Source of the DNA: Minisyncoccota bacterium
GTDB lineage: Bacteria > Patescibacteriota > Minisyncoccia > Phycocordibacterales > GWA1-40-21
Length of the DNA stretch: 64,000 nucleotides
Assembly (NCBI GenBank): GCA_041663045.1
Contig: JBAZRH010000001.1
Location: forward strand, 276,403 to 340,402
Direction of reading: 5' to 3'
A program made the position numbers and the translations under genes. Below are positions 47,367-57,274 of the stretch, piece by piece. Below the pieces are notes generated by a model. The model searched no databases and was not told the origin of the DNA. It saw only the letters and a program-made list of their open reading frames with translations. Each line of letters begins with the position of its first letter. Positions within the stretch are counted from its first letter, which is position 1.

Positions 47367-48509
47367 ATGAAAATAAAATTGATTGTTGGATACTTGATAG
47401 CAAATGCTATCTTGCTCCTCATTGGGCTGGGACTAATTCTTTTTAAGGTCTCGGTTGATGTAGAGAATCGTTTCAACTTAGGGTTCATTATCATCTCTCT
47501 GCAGATGGTATATTTCGCCCTCAGTTGTAAGATCATCGGGCCGAGAATAAAGGCCGTGCTGGTCTTTCTGGGAAATCCGGTGTATGAGGTTAGTTCTGGT
47601 TTTGCTTTTGTACCATTCTTGTTTTCCTGGCTAGAAAAAATGCCAGGAACAGTGATACAGATGCAAATACCCGGAGAACCAGAGATGATTGACAGAAGTG
47701 GGGATGATAAGAAAAAACTGTCTCCCGGAATGGTTCGACCAATCCGTATCACGACTGGTTTTGCGGCAGTGGCAATTAAAAACTTCCCTGCTGACAAGAA
47801 AATCATCATGGACGATCCGTTGCAGAAGCGTATGACCCTAGAAGTCACGGGGTACATACGTATGAAAGTTAAAAACGCAGTTGAATACCTCAAGAACCTT
47901 GGAAGTATTGAACAATTGGAAAAACAGGTCCGAGATACTTTTGAGGCCACAATGAATGTGGAGTTCGGAAGACGAACCCCAGGCTTGATCACAACACACC
48001 TGAAAGAAGTTAATAAGGCTCTGTTGCGAGAAATGAAAAGAATTGTGGAAAAACCTGGATGGGGACTTGAGGTAGAGAGTGTAGGACTTTTGGAAAGGGA
48101 TATCACCCACCAGCTCAACACGGCACTTCGTGATGCCTCAATGGCTGATGTAATGATTCAGACAGCTGAGTCCCAAAAACAACAGGCAATCAGAAAGGCT
48201 GAGGGTGAAAGACAGAAGAGGATTCTGGAAGGTCAGGGGGATGGCTTGGCAGAGCAGTCTGTACTAGAAGGACGTGCTAAAGGACTCGAGAAGTGGGTTG
48301 ATCTGGCGAAAACCAGAGAAGGCTTAATCACCTTACAAATTCAGCTCGCAAATGAAACTGTGCAGAAGGCGAAGTACAGTATCCTTGAGCCTGGATTAGC
48401 TGGTCTTGCGGCGGGAGTCCAACACACATTGCAACAAATCGGTGCAGCAGGTGGTACATCAAAAACCCCTGTAACGCCAGCTAAAAAGGGCGGAGGAGGT
48501 AATCCATGA
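47367..48509 (+). CDS. SPFH/band-7 (stomatin/flotillin/HflKC-like) membrane protein
   Basis: N-terminal TM helix, SPFH domain, and a coiled-coil region rich in Q/E/K/A (ESQKQQAIRKAEGERQKRILEGQG). GC is higher than genome background. The ORF-track start at 47313 is also possible. Confidence 0.7.
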   Translation: MKIKLIVGYLIANAILLLIGLGLILFKVSVDVENRFNLGFIIISLQMVYFALSCKIIGPRIKAVLVFLGNPVYEVSSGFAFVPFLFSWLEKMPGTVIQMQIPGEPEMIDRSGDDKKKLSPGMVRPIRITTGFAAVAIKNFPADKKIIMDDPLQKRMTLEVTGYIRMKVKNAVEYLKNLGSIEQLEKQVRDTFEATMNVEFGRRTPGLITTHLKEVNKALLREMKRIVEKPGWGLEVESVGLLERDITHQLNTALRDASMADVMIQTAESQKQQAIRKAEGERQKRILEGQGDGLAEQSVLEGRAKGLEKWVDLAKTREGLITLQIQLANETVQKAKYSILEPGLAGLAAGVQHTLQQIGAAGGTSKTPVTPAKKGGGGNP

Positions 48510-49096
48510 CCATAATAAGTTATGGAGTAATTGCATTGGTCATAGGTGTAATATCTATACCGGTGGCCATTGCGATAGAAGCCAAAAAGTCTCGCCTGCA
48601 GGGCAATAAGACTGCTGGCAATAAACTAACACCTATCTCGAAGACGATCTTGATAGCAGGATCGGTGTTGGGCCTTTTGATTGGAGGAATCTTCATCAAA
48701 AACTTAACATCGAAATCTGCGACTGAGGTCGCTAAAGTCCGTGTCAAAGCGCCGAGAGAAATCCGGTGGGAGATGTGGTGGGTCAAGAATCCTCTACAGC
48801 CAGGAAGAAACCCGGATATAGTAAGTGCCAGATTCAGGGTTGAAATGACCAGAGATGATGAGCAGGTATTTGAATTCACCCAGTTCTACCAAGATTGGGG
48901 GAAAGAGAAGACCTCTCATTTTTACTGGGACAAGAAAGTAAACTGTGAATACGGCATCTGGGAAGAAGCTTCCACAGGAGTGAAGGGGCGCTGGTATTTG
49001 AAGAAAATCCCCGGAGAGAAAAATATGTACTCCGGCGGAATGTCCAGTATGGATGAAAAGGACGATTGGGCGCCGTTCTTCCTTTCTGGGAAATGA
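48506..49096 (+). CDS. Membrane protein co-transcribed with the SPFH gene (2 TM helices plus a Trp-rich soluble domain)
   Basis: ATGA overlap with the SPFH gene. No recognisable NfeD OB-fold. Confidence 0.55.
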   Translation: MTIISYGVIALVIGVISIPVAIAIEAKKSRLQGNKTAGNKLTPISKTILIAGSVLGLLIGGIFIKNLTSKSATEVAKVRVKAPREIRWEMWWVKNPLQPGRNPDIVSARFRVEMTRDDEQVFEFTQFYQDWGKEKTSHFYWDKKVNCEYGIWEEASTGVKGRWYLKKIPGEKNMYSGGMSSMDEKDDWAPFFLSGK

Positions 49097-49109
49097 CCGT
49101 GTGTTCGCA

Positions 49110-49170
49110 AGAGCGAGGTGGGAGGGATAGGCATGCAAATGCTGATTCCTTCTCCCCCGCTCTTTTTTTT
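49110..49170 (+). terminator. Rho-independent terminator
   Basis: agagcgaggtgggag...ctcccccgctct followed by TTTTTTTT. Confidence 0.7.
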
Positions 49171-49180
49171 ATACTCAAAT

Positions 49181-49212
49181 CAAAACCGAGCGACTTAAGT
49201 CGCTCGGTTTTG
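49181..49212. terminator. Bidirectional terminator
   Basis: aaaaccgagcgacttaagtcgctcggtttt. Confidence 0.75.
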
Positions 49213-49223
49213 ATTTTATAAAT

Positions 49224-49520
49224 TTACAGACCAAATGTTCCCATTACTAGGTTTATTATTCCTTTCACCGAAAGCATAATAAACATCCCTATTACCCCAT
49301 AAAGCATATGCATTCCGCCCTCTGCTCTTTTTTCTGCACTTTCTGCATTCTTTACGAATCCATATACTCCGTAAAGAAAAACTACAAGTGCCCAAATAAA
49401 CAACAAATATATCGCTGGATTTAGTATTTCAGCTTTGATCTTTGAAAACATTGAGTCAAAACTGGTACCTTCACCAGACATCACATTTGCCGCATAGACT
49501 TTGGTGAACAGAAAATTCAT
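49224..49520 (-). CDS. VirB2/TrbC-pilin-like double-TM mini-protein, paralog 5
   Basis: Two hydrophobic helices separated by the charged loop KNAESAEKRAEGG. Shares the YGVYGFVK and MLYGVIGMFIMLSVKGIINLV signatures with the four upstream paralogs. Confidence 0.55.
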   Translation of the reverse strand: MNFLFTKVYAANVMSGEGTSFDSMFSKIKAEILNPAIYLLFIWALVVFLYGVYGFVKNAESAEKRAEGGMHMLYGVIGMFIMLSVKGIINLVMGTFGL

Positions 49521-49526
49521 TTATTG

Positions 49527-49895
49527 TTAGTAGGTTATAGGTACAATATTTTGAATGCCCGCATCTAATGCACTGGCGCCACGTGTGTTGAAAGTTGATT
49601 GCAAGATATTTACCAATCCCCAGACAGAAACCATGACAAAGATACCAACTATACCATAGATAATCTGTGTCTTTGCAGTTTTCTTTTTGTCTTCATCTCC
49701 AGCAATAGTGTACTGAAAAACCTCCCAAATAAAATAAACAACGGCGATTGCTATAAATAGCGGAACAAGCATAGACAATATTCTAGCTGCCCAAACGATT
49801 AAGCCACTCAATCCCTGACCTGTTGTATATGTTACCTGAGCCAAAGCCATAACTGGCAAAGCAAATGTAACTCCGACTGCTAATACTTTTTTCAT
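49527..49895 (-). CDS. VirB2/TrbC-pilin-like double-TM mini-protein, paralog 4
   Basis: Sec signal peptide (MKKVLAVGVTFALPVMALA), TM1, loop AGDEDKKKTAKTQ, and TM2 IIYGIVGIFVMVSVWGLVNILQSTF. Confidence 0.55.
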   Translation of the reverse strand: MKKVLAVGVTFALPVMALAQVTYTTGQGLSGLIVWAARILSMLVPLFIAIAVVYFIWEVFQYTIAGDEDKKKTAKTQIIYGIVGIFVMVSVWGLVNILQSTFNTRGASALDAGIQNIVPITY

Positions 49896-49995
49896 AATTA
49901 AACTAATTAATAAACTAATAATTCCTAAAAATGACGACCATTTTTAATTAACACTATAATTATAAACCAATCCAGTAAATAGGCAAATGGGTTAT

Positions 49996-50397
49996 CTACA
50001 GCTTTGGGATATTGATATCCGAATTACCAAGCTTAAATGTGTTTTGCAATACCGATACCAATCCCCAGACAGAGACCATGACAAAGATACCAATAATGCC
50101 CCAAAGGATAAACTCCCTACCTGATTGTTTGTCATCACCTTCAGCCCTAATAAACTTAAATACTCCATAAAGAAATACAACAACAGCAAGGGCGACCAAT
50201 AGATATACAACGGGTTTTAATATTCCACCGATAATTATATTATTAATTAATTCTTTAAAATTATGCGGACTAGAAACAGAAGACGTGCCGGCAGCAAAAG
50301 TAGCTGTACTAGAGAGAAAAAGCACTCCCAACACTACCGAAGACAATATATGACTTATCAATTTGGTTTTATTTTTCATCTTATTATTTTGCCACAT
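49996..50397 (-). CDS. VirB2/TrbC-pilin-like double-TM mini-protein, paralog 3
   Basis: Signal peptide, TM1 VFLYGVFKFIRAEGDDKQ, and TM2 ILWGIIGIFVMVSVWGLVSVLQNTF. An alternative start lies at 50379. Confidence 0.55.
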   Translation of the reverse strand: MWQNNKMKNKTKLISHILSSVVLGVLFLSSTATFAAGTSSVSSPHNFKELINNIIIGGILKPVVYLLVALAVVVFLYGVFKFIRAEGDDKQSGREFILWGIIGIFVMVSVWGLVSVLQNTFKLGNSDINIPKL

Positions 50398-50725
50398 TAT
50401 TAATTGTACCAGTAACTATATTTGCTATAAGTTGTGAACCGAGCAAGATAACAATACCAATAATCGTCCATTTAAATGTATCCTTTGCTTTTGTTATCTC
50501 CCCAGGATTACCGCGAGCATCTACAAATAGATATCCAGCATATATTAAAAACATAATACAAATTACAGAACCAATCTCTATTACTACATTTAGGAAACTT
50601 TTTACAGTTCCAATTAAACTATCACTTTTAAGTGGGTTTGTGATTGTTTGACCGTGGGAAATTAATGGTATCAACAAAAGTGAGAAGAGAAAGATCGATG
50701 TGAGATTTATTAAAATTTTTTTCAT
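50384..50725 (-). CDS. VirB2/TrbC-pilin-like double-TM mini-protein, paralog 2
   Basis: Signal peptide, TM1 MFLIYAGYLFVDARGNPGE, and TM2 WTIIGIVILLGSQLIANIV. Confidence 0.5.
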   Translation of the reverse strand: MKKILINLTSIFLFSLLLIPLISHGQTITNPLKSDSLIGTVKSFLNVVIEIGSVICIMFLIYAGYLFVDARGNPGEITKAKDTFKWTIIGIVILLGSQLIANIVTGTINNVAK

Positions 50726-50751
50726 ATGATTATTCTAATTAATATATTATT

Positions 50752-51171
50752 TTATTTCAAGAATTTCAAATAAAGTGAGCTATCCTTGGTCAACCCCTTT
50801 ACTATAGCATATACGATAACCCAGGCACACAACAAAAAGAACAGTCCATAAACACTCTTTTTAAACATTGCCAGAGCTCTTTCCCTTTCTCCAGAATTGT
50901 TTGGATTCAACAAAATTCTCCCCCCTGCAATCGCAAAAGTAACAGTAGCAATAGTCGCAGAAATGCCGATAACCCACTTTATAAAGTTGTCTATCATACT
51001 AACAAAAGCATCAAAATCACATGGGCACTCTGGACTACCATCACATCCGATTATTCCTCCTAACATAACACATTCTATTGGTACAGATTTCGAAGCCGCC
51101 AAGGAGATGGCTGGTACAACAAATATTACTATCGCCAATACACAAAATAGAACTTTCAAATTAAATTTCAT
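50752..51171 (-). CDS. VirB2/TrbC-pilin-like double-TM mini-protein, paralog 1 (Cys-rich N-terminal region)
   Basis: Signal peptide, a CxxxxxxxCxxxxxCxC segment, then TM1, the loop NPNNSGERERA, and TM2. Confidence 0.5.
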   Translation of the reverse strand: MKFNLKVLFCVLAIVIFVVPAISLAASKSVPIECVMLGGIIGCDGSPECPCDFDAFVSMIDNFIKWVIGISATIATVTFAIAGGRILLNPNNSGERERALAMFKKSVYGLFFLLCAWVIVYAIVKGLTKDSSLYLKFLK

Positions 51172-51178
51172 ATATAAA

Positions 51179-52477
51179 TTATAACAAATAATCTAACTCT
51201 TGGCTTGCTTTCTTCAATGAGTCTAGCGTCTTTGATCTGCCTGTTGTAATGTCATTTATCATGTTTTGAAATATCTGACTTGTCTTTACACTGTCTGGAT
51301 CAAGCCAACCTTTTGATATAAGAGCTGAATTATAGAAGATGGTTTGGGATAGATCGGCTGTGCCAGCAGAAATAGTATCTCTCCTCGCTGGAGAATAGCT
51401 AGTAAATCGCAAAAAGACAGAGGATACATCCGGCCCAGTAAGGGTTGATATTGTAGTATAGGCTTGCGCTATGTTTTTAGAGCTATTCAGAATAGCAAAA
51501 CCTTGAATATCTCCGTAGGTGGTCTTTGTCTTTGTATCAACCACTTGTGGTAACATGGCAACATCAAAATTCAGGTTTGGATTCTTAGCTCTAAGATCTG
51601 GAAGTTCAGACGCTTTGCCGAAATATAAAGCTAAATCCCCACTTAAGAACAGCTGTTTATCCGATACCAAAGCACTATTCCAAGAATAAACTGATTTCTT
51701 AGGATTTGAATAATCGGTATAAAAATTTAATGCTTGTTCTACAGGAGACAAAACACCAGCTTCGAGATTACCAGAATTTGATATTAGTGAACTATTTAGT
51801 TTGGTGCCGTCAGATTGAACGATTTTATTACCGGTCTGCATTATCAGTGCGCTTATTATCTCTTTTGCATTGTTTATATTATTAAATCCCCCAAAAGCAA
51901 CGGCACTCTGTAATATGTTGGCATTGGTATCACTTTTTGAAAACTTACTAGCTAAAAGTGGAATTTCAGACCATTTAGTTGGTGGCGTGGCTATTCCTGC
52001 TCCAGAAAAGATATCTTTATTCCAATACATGACAAGAGGGTCTACAAAAAATGGTAAGGCGGTTATTCCACTCGATGTAATATATAAATTACTTTCTTGC
52101 ACAAAAGTATCACTAAATATCCTCTCTGATAAAATTTGAGGGGAAATCAGAGAAATCTTATCAGAATATCTTATTATTAAATCGCTCGGTAATAAGACTA
52201 CGTCTGGACCTTTCCCACTTGCGATCGCCTCAATAAGGGATTGATCAAGAATAGACCGCTCTTTCTGTGTATATTTTATATTCAATTCTATATTTAAATC
52301 CTGTCTAATTTTACTTAAGAGATTGTTAAATATATTTTGATCAACTGAACCCCAAATAGATATTTCAGCATTGTTTGTTTTGCTATTATTGACTTTATAA
52401 GATGCAAATATTACGAGTCCAAGAATTATAAAAAAACCAAAGATCGAAAGAAGTATTATTTGAAAGCTGTTTTTCAT
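51179..52477 (-). CDS. Membrane-anchored extracellular solute-binding protein (ABC-type, family 1) without adjacent permease or ATPase genes
   Basis: N-terminal TM anchor followed by an SBP_bac_1-like fold (GPDVVLL..., ALPFFVDPLVMYWNKD...). Confidence 0.6.
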   Translation of the reverse strand: MKNSFQIILLSIFGFFIILGLVIFASYKVNNSKTNNAEISIWGSVDQNIFNNLLSKIRQDLNIELNIKYTQKERSILDQSLIEAIASGKGPDVVLLPSDLIIRYSDKISLISPQILSERIFSDTFVQESNLYITSSGITALPFFVDPLVMYWNKDIFSGAGIATPPTKWSEIPLLASKFSKSDTNANILQSAVAFGGFNNINNAKEIISALIMQTGNKIVQSDGTKLNSSLISNSGNLEAGVLSPVEQALNFYTDYSNPKKSVYSWNSALVSDKQLFLSGDLALYFGKASELPDLRAKNPNLNFDVAMLPQVVDTKTKTTYGDIQGFAILNSSKNIAQAYTTISTLTGPDVSSVFLRFTSYSPARRDTISAGTADLSQTIFYNSALISKGWLDPDSVKTSQIFQNMINDITTGRSKTLDSLKKASQELDYLL

Positions 52478-52478
52478 A

Positions 52479-53003
52479 TTATTTTCTAAAGATTATTCCG
52501 TAATGATTTGCACCTGCGGAGATTTCTCTATCAATTACAAAGCCATGTTTTTTAAAAAGTTCTAATGCCCTTTCTTTTGATAGGACATCTTTGGATTGTG
52601 GACCAATACCACCAAAAGAACTAAGCCAGTCTATAAGAAGAATCCTACCGCCCTTTTTGAGAATTCTTCTGGTCTCCAGAATAACATTATCTTTTTGCTC
52701 AAGTTGGAAAAGAATATTCGCCATTATTGCTGAATCTATAGAAGACTCGCGGAGTTTTGTACCGCCCAAGTGTTCCAAGTCTGCCCAAACAATATCTATA
52801 TTTTTAAGATGCCTAAGATTAGCTTCTTTTTTGAGTTTTTGAAGAAGATCTTTTTGAACGTCCACAGCATAAACTCTGCCGTTTTCTCCTACAGCTTCAG
52901 CTGCAGCAAAAGAATAATACCCTGCGCCGGAACCAAGGTCGGCAACATAAGTACCCTTCCCCAAACTAAATTGTCCTATATTTTTTTCAGGATCGGAAAA
53001 CAT
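52479..53003 (-). CDS. Class I SAM-dependent methyltransferase
   Basis: Motif I VADLGSGAGYYS, the acidic-loop residue in VYAVDV, and motif IV IDWL. Confidence 0.7.
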   Translation of the reverse strand: MFSDPEKNIGQFSLGKGTYVADLGSGAGYYSFAAAEAVGENGRVYAVDVQKDLLQKLKKEANLRHLKNIDIVWADLEHLGGTKLRESSIDSAIMANILFQLEQKDNVILETRRILKKGGRILLIDWLSSFGGIGPQSKDVLSKERALELFKKHGFVIDREISAGANHYGIIFRK

Positions 53004-53149
53004 GATTGATTTTTAAGGAGTGAAATGACTATAAAAATCATCACCCTGCGAAATGGAGTTTGCTTTGGCAAACGACATATTTCACTGGGGTCTATTTCAC
53101 TTGGTTAATTATATCATAATAAAATACTGACAAGTAGGGCGGGTGTGGA

Positions 53150-53312
53150 GAAAAAGCTCATTCACATCCCCGCTTTTCTGTGCAGAAATTTTCCCCAGCC
53201 GGAAAATTTCCTAATCCTCGGCGGCTTGCGCTGTGGTATACTTTTACTCGAAGATTACTTCTCGCAAAATTACACCACATCGCACCAGAAAAGGAGCCTA
53301 CGGACACAGAAA
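53150..53312. repeat. Family A repeat copy 3 (inverted orientation)
   Basis: Reverse complement of the 26308-26486 and 61520-61757 cores: ctgtgcagaaattttccccagccggaaaatttcctaatcctcggcggcttgcgctgtggtatactttt...ctcgcaaaattacaccacatcgcacc...ggacacag. Confidence 0.8.
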
Positions 53313-53499
53313 AATGGGGACGTTCATTCGCTTACAGCAGAAAAATACGGCTTTGTAAAGCCATACTTCATAAGCGAGCGAGATTCTCAATTTTCTAGCA
53401 TTGCCGAGAACCCGTGATAGAAGCAGTGTTCACTCTTATATTAGCTTCCTCGGCTCGGAAATGAAAAAGGAATTTTCATTTCTCTCGCTCTACGTCGCT

Positions 53500-53645
53500 A
53501 ATAAATCAAGGAGATGTTTAGAAAAATCAAGTTGTTTGAGACACATTCTGATGTGGCGAGTTCTTGATTTTTCGTTAAGAACATCGACTATGATTTGACT
53601 CTGGTGAAGGCACACTGCTAGAAAATTGAGAATCGAGCGAGCGTT
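53500..53645. repeat. Family B repeat copy 3 (inverted orientation)
   Basis: gagacacattctgatgtggcgagttcttgatttttcg is the reverse complement of the 42190-42230 segment. Ends with gaatcgagcgagcg. Confidence 0.8.
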
Positions 53646-56116
53646 TAAATCAAGGTTACCGACGCAATACTATCCCCTTCTCTTAATTTCATAACTCTCA
53701 CACCCTGCGTCTGCCTACCGAGCGAAGGAATTTCTTTGACCGCCACGCGTATGACCTGACTCTTTTTTGAAATAGTTGCGATTTCGTCTTCGCCGTCTGT
53801 GACGACTTTTGCGGAAATAATCTCCCCCGTTTTTGGTGTAACTTTCATGGTCTTGATACCAGACCCGCCTCTCTTTTGCACTTTATATTCTTTGAGTGGA
53901 GTTTTCTTTCCATAACCGTTTGAGCTCACCACGAGAAGCTCCGGATTCTGCATTGTTTTTGAAATAATGGCTGTACCGACGACAGTATCCCCTTTTCCAA
54001 GCTTTACACCACGGACACCAGAAGCATTCCTGCCCATAACGCGAATATCTTTATCTTTGAATCTGATAGATTGCCCTTTCGATGTGGCGATTATCGCCTC
54101 GTCGCCGTCATTCATAAAGAGCGCCGACTGAAGCTCATCTCCTGCATCTAGAGTGATGGCTATCAAGCCGTTTCTACGAACGTCTTTGAAGTTTTCTGCA
54201 TCCACCCTCTTTGCCGTACCGTTTTTCGTCACAAAGATAAGTGAGAGTTTCAAATTCTTCATCGCCTTTGGCATAGCAAGGACAGAAGTGATTTTCTCCT
54301 CACCAGAAATCGCCAAGTAGTTTACAATCGCCTTGCCTTTTGTCGCTCTCTTACCTTCTGGCAATTCATACATTTTTATTTGATACGCCTTTCCTTTGTC
54401 TGTGAAGAAGAGAATATCATTGTGTGTAGAAGCAGTAATAAAATGAGTAATAAAATCTTCATCTTTTGTATCAAGGTCCACCACTCCCACCCCACCCCTC
54501 TTCTGCTTTCTGTATTCGTCTGGGTTTGTCCTCTTTACATATCCGCCAGCAGTAAGGACGAGCATACTTTCTTCGTCTGCTATCAAATCTTCATCTGAAA
54601 GTGTCTGTACTCCGCCTTTTATAACTTTTGTCCTTCTCTCATCGCCGTATTTGGCTTTGATTTCAAGAAGCTCGGACTTAACTATTTCGAGAATTCTCTT
54701 TGTCTTTGCCAAAATATCTTTCAAATCTTTTATAAGGGCCTGCACGGCAGAAAGCTCATCTTCGATTTTCTTTCTCTCAAGTCCGGCGAGCTTCTGCAAA
54801 CGCATTTCAAGAATGGCATTGGCTTGGATTTCCGAAAACTTAAATACTTTCATGAGCTGTGCACGAGCGTCATCTACGTCTTTTGATTTCTTTATAAGTT
54901 TGATGATTTCGTCTATATGATCAAGCGCCTTTTTCAAACCAAGCAAAATATGCTCTCTCGCCTCGGCCTTTTTCAAATCAAATTCTGTCCTCCTTTTTAC
55001 GACAATCTTTCTATGATCTATGAATTCTTCCAGGAAAGAAAGGAGTGAAAGTGTCTTCGGTACGCCGTCTACAAGAGCGACAAGGTTGAAGTGAAATGTC
55101 TCCTCGAGCTGTGTATGTTTATACAAATAATTCAAAACGCTTTGTGGCTGAGCGCCATTTTTGAGGTCAACGACAATACGGATGTCTTTTGCAGACTCAT
55201 CACGCAAACCCCTTATACCTTCTATTTTCTTTTCACGGACAAGCTCGGCGATAGCGATGATAAGCTCGGCTTTGTTGACCCTATAAGGTATCGAGGTGAT
55301 TATTATCTGAAATTGACCTTTTTTGTCTTCTACTATTTCGGCATGACCTCTCGTCACCACCCCTCCTCTACCTGTGGAATATGCGTGGTTGATATCTGTT
55401 TGATTGTAAATCATCCCGCCTGTCGGAAAATCTGGCCCTTTTATAAATTTCAAAAGGTCTTCAGTGGTAGCATCTTCATTGTCTGCCAAGTGAATAGTTG
55501 CATCGATCACCTCTCCAAGGTTGTGCGGGGGGATATTCGTCGCCATACCGACAGCAATACCGAGAGTTCCGTTTAACAAAAGGTTCGGCACACCGGCTGG
55601 AAGGACGGTTGGTTCTTTTTTGGTATTGTCATAGTTGGGCTTCCAATCAACGGTTTCTTTTTCCAAATCTTTCAGCATTTCACCGGCGATTTTTGACATC
55701 TTCGCCTCGGTGTATCTCATAGCGGCGGCTGAATCGCCGTCTATGTTTCCAAAGTTTCCCTGACCGATAATATGCGGATATCTAAGTGAGAAATCCTGTG
55801 CCATTTTGACCATAGAATCATAGACAGCAACATCGCCGTGCGGGTGATAATTTCCAAGTACTTCTCCGACCACAGCGGAAGATTTCCTTGTCCTTGCACC
55901 TGCGGTAAGGTTCATTTGGCCCATGGCATAAAGGATTCTTCTATGCACTGGTTTCAAACCATCGCGGACATCGGGAAGGGCGCGGTCTGTGATGACAGAC
56001 ATGGCATAGTCGATAAATGACTCTTTCATTTCGGTCGTAATGCTTCTGTCGGAAAGAGCTCTATGCTCTATTTTTACAGCTTCCTCTCCATTTCCTTCTG
56101 ATTTGTTTTTCGCCAT
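53645..56116 (-). CDS. gyrA: DNA gyrase subunit A
   Basis: [14 protein letters not shown], the active-site Tyr region, and C-terminal beta-pinwheel repeats. Confidence 0.9.
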   Translation of the reverse strand: MAKNKSEGNGEEAVKIEHRALSDRSITTEMKESFIDYAMSVITDRALPDVRDGLKPVHRRILYAMGQMNLTAGARTRKSSAVVGEVLGNYHPHGDVAVYDSMVKMAQDFSLRYPHIIGQGNFGNIDGDSAAAMRYTEAKMSKIAGEMLKDLEKETVDWKPNYDNTKKEPTVLPAGVPNLLLNGTLGIAVGMATNIPPHNLGEVIDATIHLADNEDATTEDLLKFIKGPDFPTGGMIYNQTDINHAYSTGRGGVVTRGHAEIVEDKKGQFQIIITSIPYRVNKAELIIAIAELVREKKIEGIRGLRDESAKDIRIVVDLKNGAQPQSVLNYLYKHTQLEETFHFNLVALVDGVPKTLSLLSFLEEFIDHRKIVVKRRTEFDLKKAEAREHILLGLKKALDHIDEIIKLIKKSKDVDDARAQLMKVFKFSEIQANAILEMRLQKLAGLERKKIEDELSAVQALIKDLKDILAKTKRILEIVKSELLEIKAKYGDERRTKVIKGGVQTLSDEDLIADEESMLVLTAGGYVKRTNPDEYRKQKRGGVGVVDLDTKDEDFITHFITASTHNDILFFTDKGKAYQIKMYELPEGKRATKGKAIVNYLAISGEEKITSVLAMPKAMKNLKLSLIFVTKNGTAKRVDAENFKDVRRNGLIAITLDAGDELQSALFMNDGDEAIIATSKGQSIRFKDKDIRVMGRNASGVRGVKLGKGDTVVGTAIISKTMQNPELLVVSSNGYGKKTPLKEYKVQKRGGSGIKTMKVTPKTGEIISAKVVTDGEDEIATISKKSQVIRVAVKEIPSLGRQTQGVRVMKLREGDSIASVTLI

Positions 56117-56118
56117 GA

Positions 56119-56346
56119 CTATTTATTAAAAATTTCTACAAAATTATCTTTCAATTCTTTCATCTGTCCTGAATCAAATATTGATTTTCTAATTTCTGGA
56201 CTATCAACAATGTTAATCAAATTATTTAAGACAAGTGCAAATATTACCACAATCAAAGTGATAACGACAGCGCTTGTAAAGGCAAAAACTCTCTTTTTTC
56301 TTTCTGGCATTTTCTCTATCTTTGAAAGAAAAGACATAATTTTCAC
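56119..56346 (-). CDS. Small single-TM protein
   Basis: 75 aa with one TM helix, immediately upstream of gyrA. Confidence 0.4.
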   Translation of the reverse strand: MKIMSFLSKIEKMPERKKRVFAFTSAVVITLIVVIFALVLNNLINIVDSPEIRKSIFDSGQMKELKDNFVEIFNK

Positions 56347-56985
56347 TTACAAATTTGCAGAAAGAACCACCACCTCGCCCTGTTTGCCATCCAAATCCTT
56401 CTTCTTGATTGTCAGCTTGTCTATCGGTTTTACATTTTCTTCACCCGCTGCTTTCAGATATTTCTTCAAACCATCTTTTTGTCCGACATCCCCATAATGC
56501 ATCGGTATGATTATCTTCGGCTCGATTTCCACAGAAAGCTTTTCTGCTTTCACTGCATCAAGTACACCGTCGTCGCCCACGGGCAAGAAGAGAATATCGA
56601 CATCACCAAGTGCTTCTTTGACTTCGCTTGAAAGATTGATATCGGAAAGCGTGCCAAGGAAACAAAGATTCATATTTTCAAGAGTGACGGAATAAATAGT
56701 GTTGATGCGTTCTTTGCCGGCATAAGAAGATTTCGAACCAAAACCTTTTATGAAAATTTCTTTGACTTCGTATTCGCCCGGACCGGAAATGACAAAAGGG
56801 TCCTTGCCATTGTAAGAGAGGTTTTCTGTGCCATTCATATCCGGGTGATTGACGCTCACAAGTGCAATATCAGCAAAAAAACGTGTCGGCTTAAACTTTG
56901 ATTCTTTTGAAATCGGATTAAAAGCGAGGGTTGTGTCGCCAAACTGAACTTTAAAAAATTCCACCCCTTGATAAGTGATAATCAT
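56347..56985 (-). CDS. MBL-fold metallo-hydrolase-like protein (degenerate His motif)
   Basis: UPF0173-like beta-lactamase fold. LVSVNHPDMNG replaces the canonical HxHxDH. Confidence 0.55.
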   Translation of the reverse strand: MIITYQGVEFFKVQFGDTTLAFNPISKESKFKPTRFFADIALVSVNHPDMNGTENLSYNGKDPFVISGPGEYEVKEIFIKGFGSKSSYAGKERINTIYSVTLENMNLCFLGTLSDINLSSEVKEALGDVDILFLPVGDDGVLDAVKAEKLSVEIEPKIIIPMHYGDVGQKDGLKKYLKAAGEENVKPIDKLTIKKKDLDGKQGEVVVLSANL

Positions 56986-57019
56986 GGGTTAATTATAGCA
57001 AATTCCGACCGATTCGGCA

Positions 57020-57255
57020 ATACAAAAAAAGCTCCCTCGCATTTCCTTTTTGGTGCACACGTCAAATTTCCCTGCGAGGAATTTGCGCTCCCTCTCGGCC
57101 TCTCTCGTCCGCCTGATTACAGGCGAACGCCATGCCCGCTCGGCCTGCGAGAGTCACCAAAAAAGAAAACGCTCGGTCGCTAACATAAAAAAATCCCAAC
57201 AAAAAACCACACGAGTGGAGGAAACTTTTCCTCTCAACTCGCGTGGTATCACTCG
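57020..57255 (-). ncRNA. Candidate GC-rich structured small RNA or 3'-UTR element between two intrinsic terminators
   Basis: On the minus strand, a hairpin ccacacgagtggagg...cctctcaactcgcgtgg plus TTTTTTG comes first. A roughly 170 nt GC-rich segment follows, with the stems ctctcgcaggccgag/ctcggcctctctcg and cgcctgattacaggcg. It ends with cctcgca...tgcgagg plus TTTTTTT. Confidence 0.3.
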
Positions 57256-57274
57256 CCAACCCTGACTCACCCAC

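Noticed and set aside
49224-51171. Interpretation of the five-gene array as type IV (PilA-type) pilins
   Set aside because: No class III prepilin signal (G/FTLIE) was found. The signal peptides are Sec-type and the proteins have two TM helices, so the fit is to VirB2/TrbC-like pilins.
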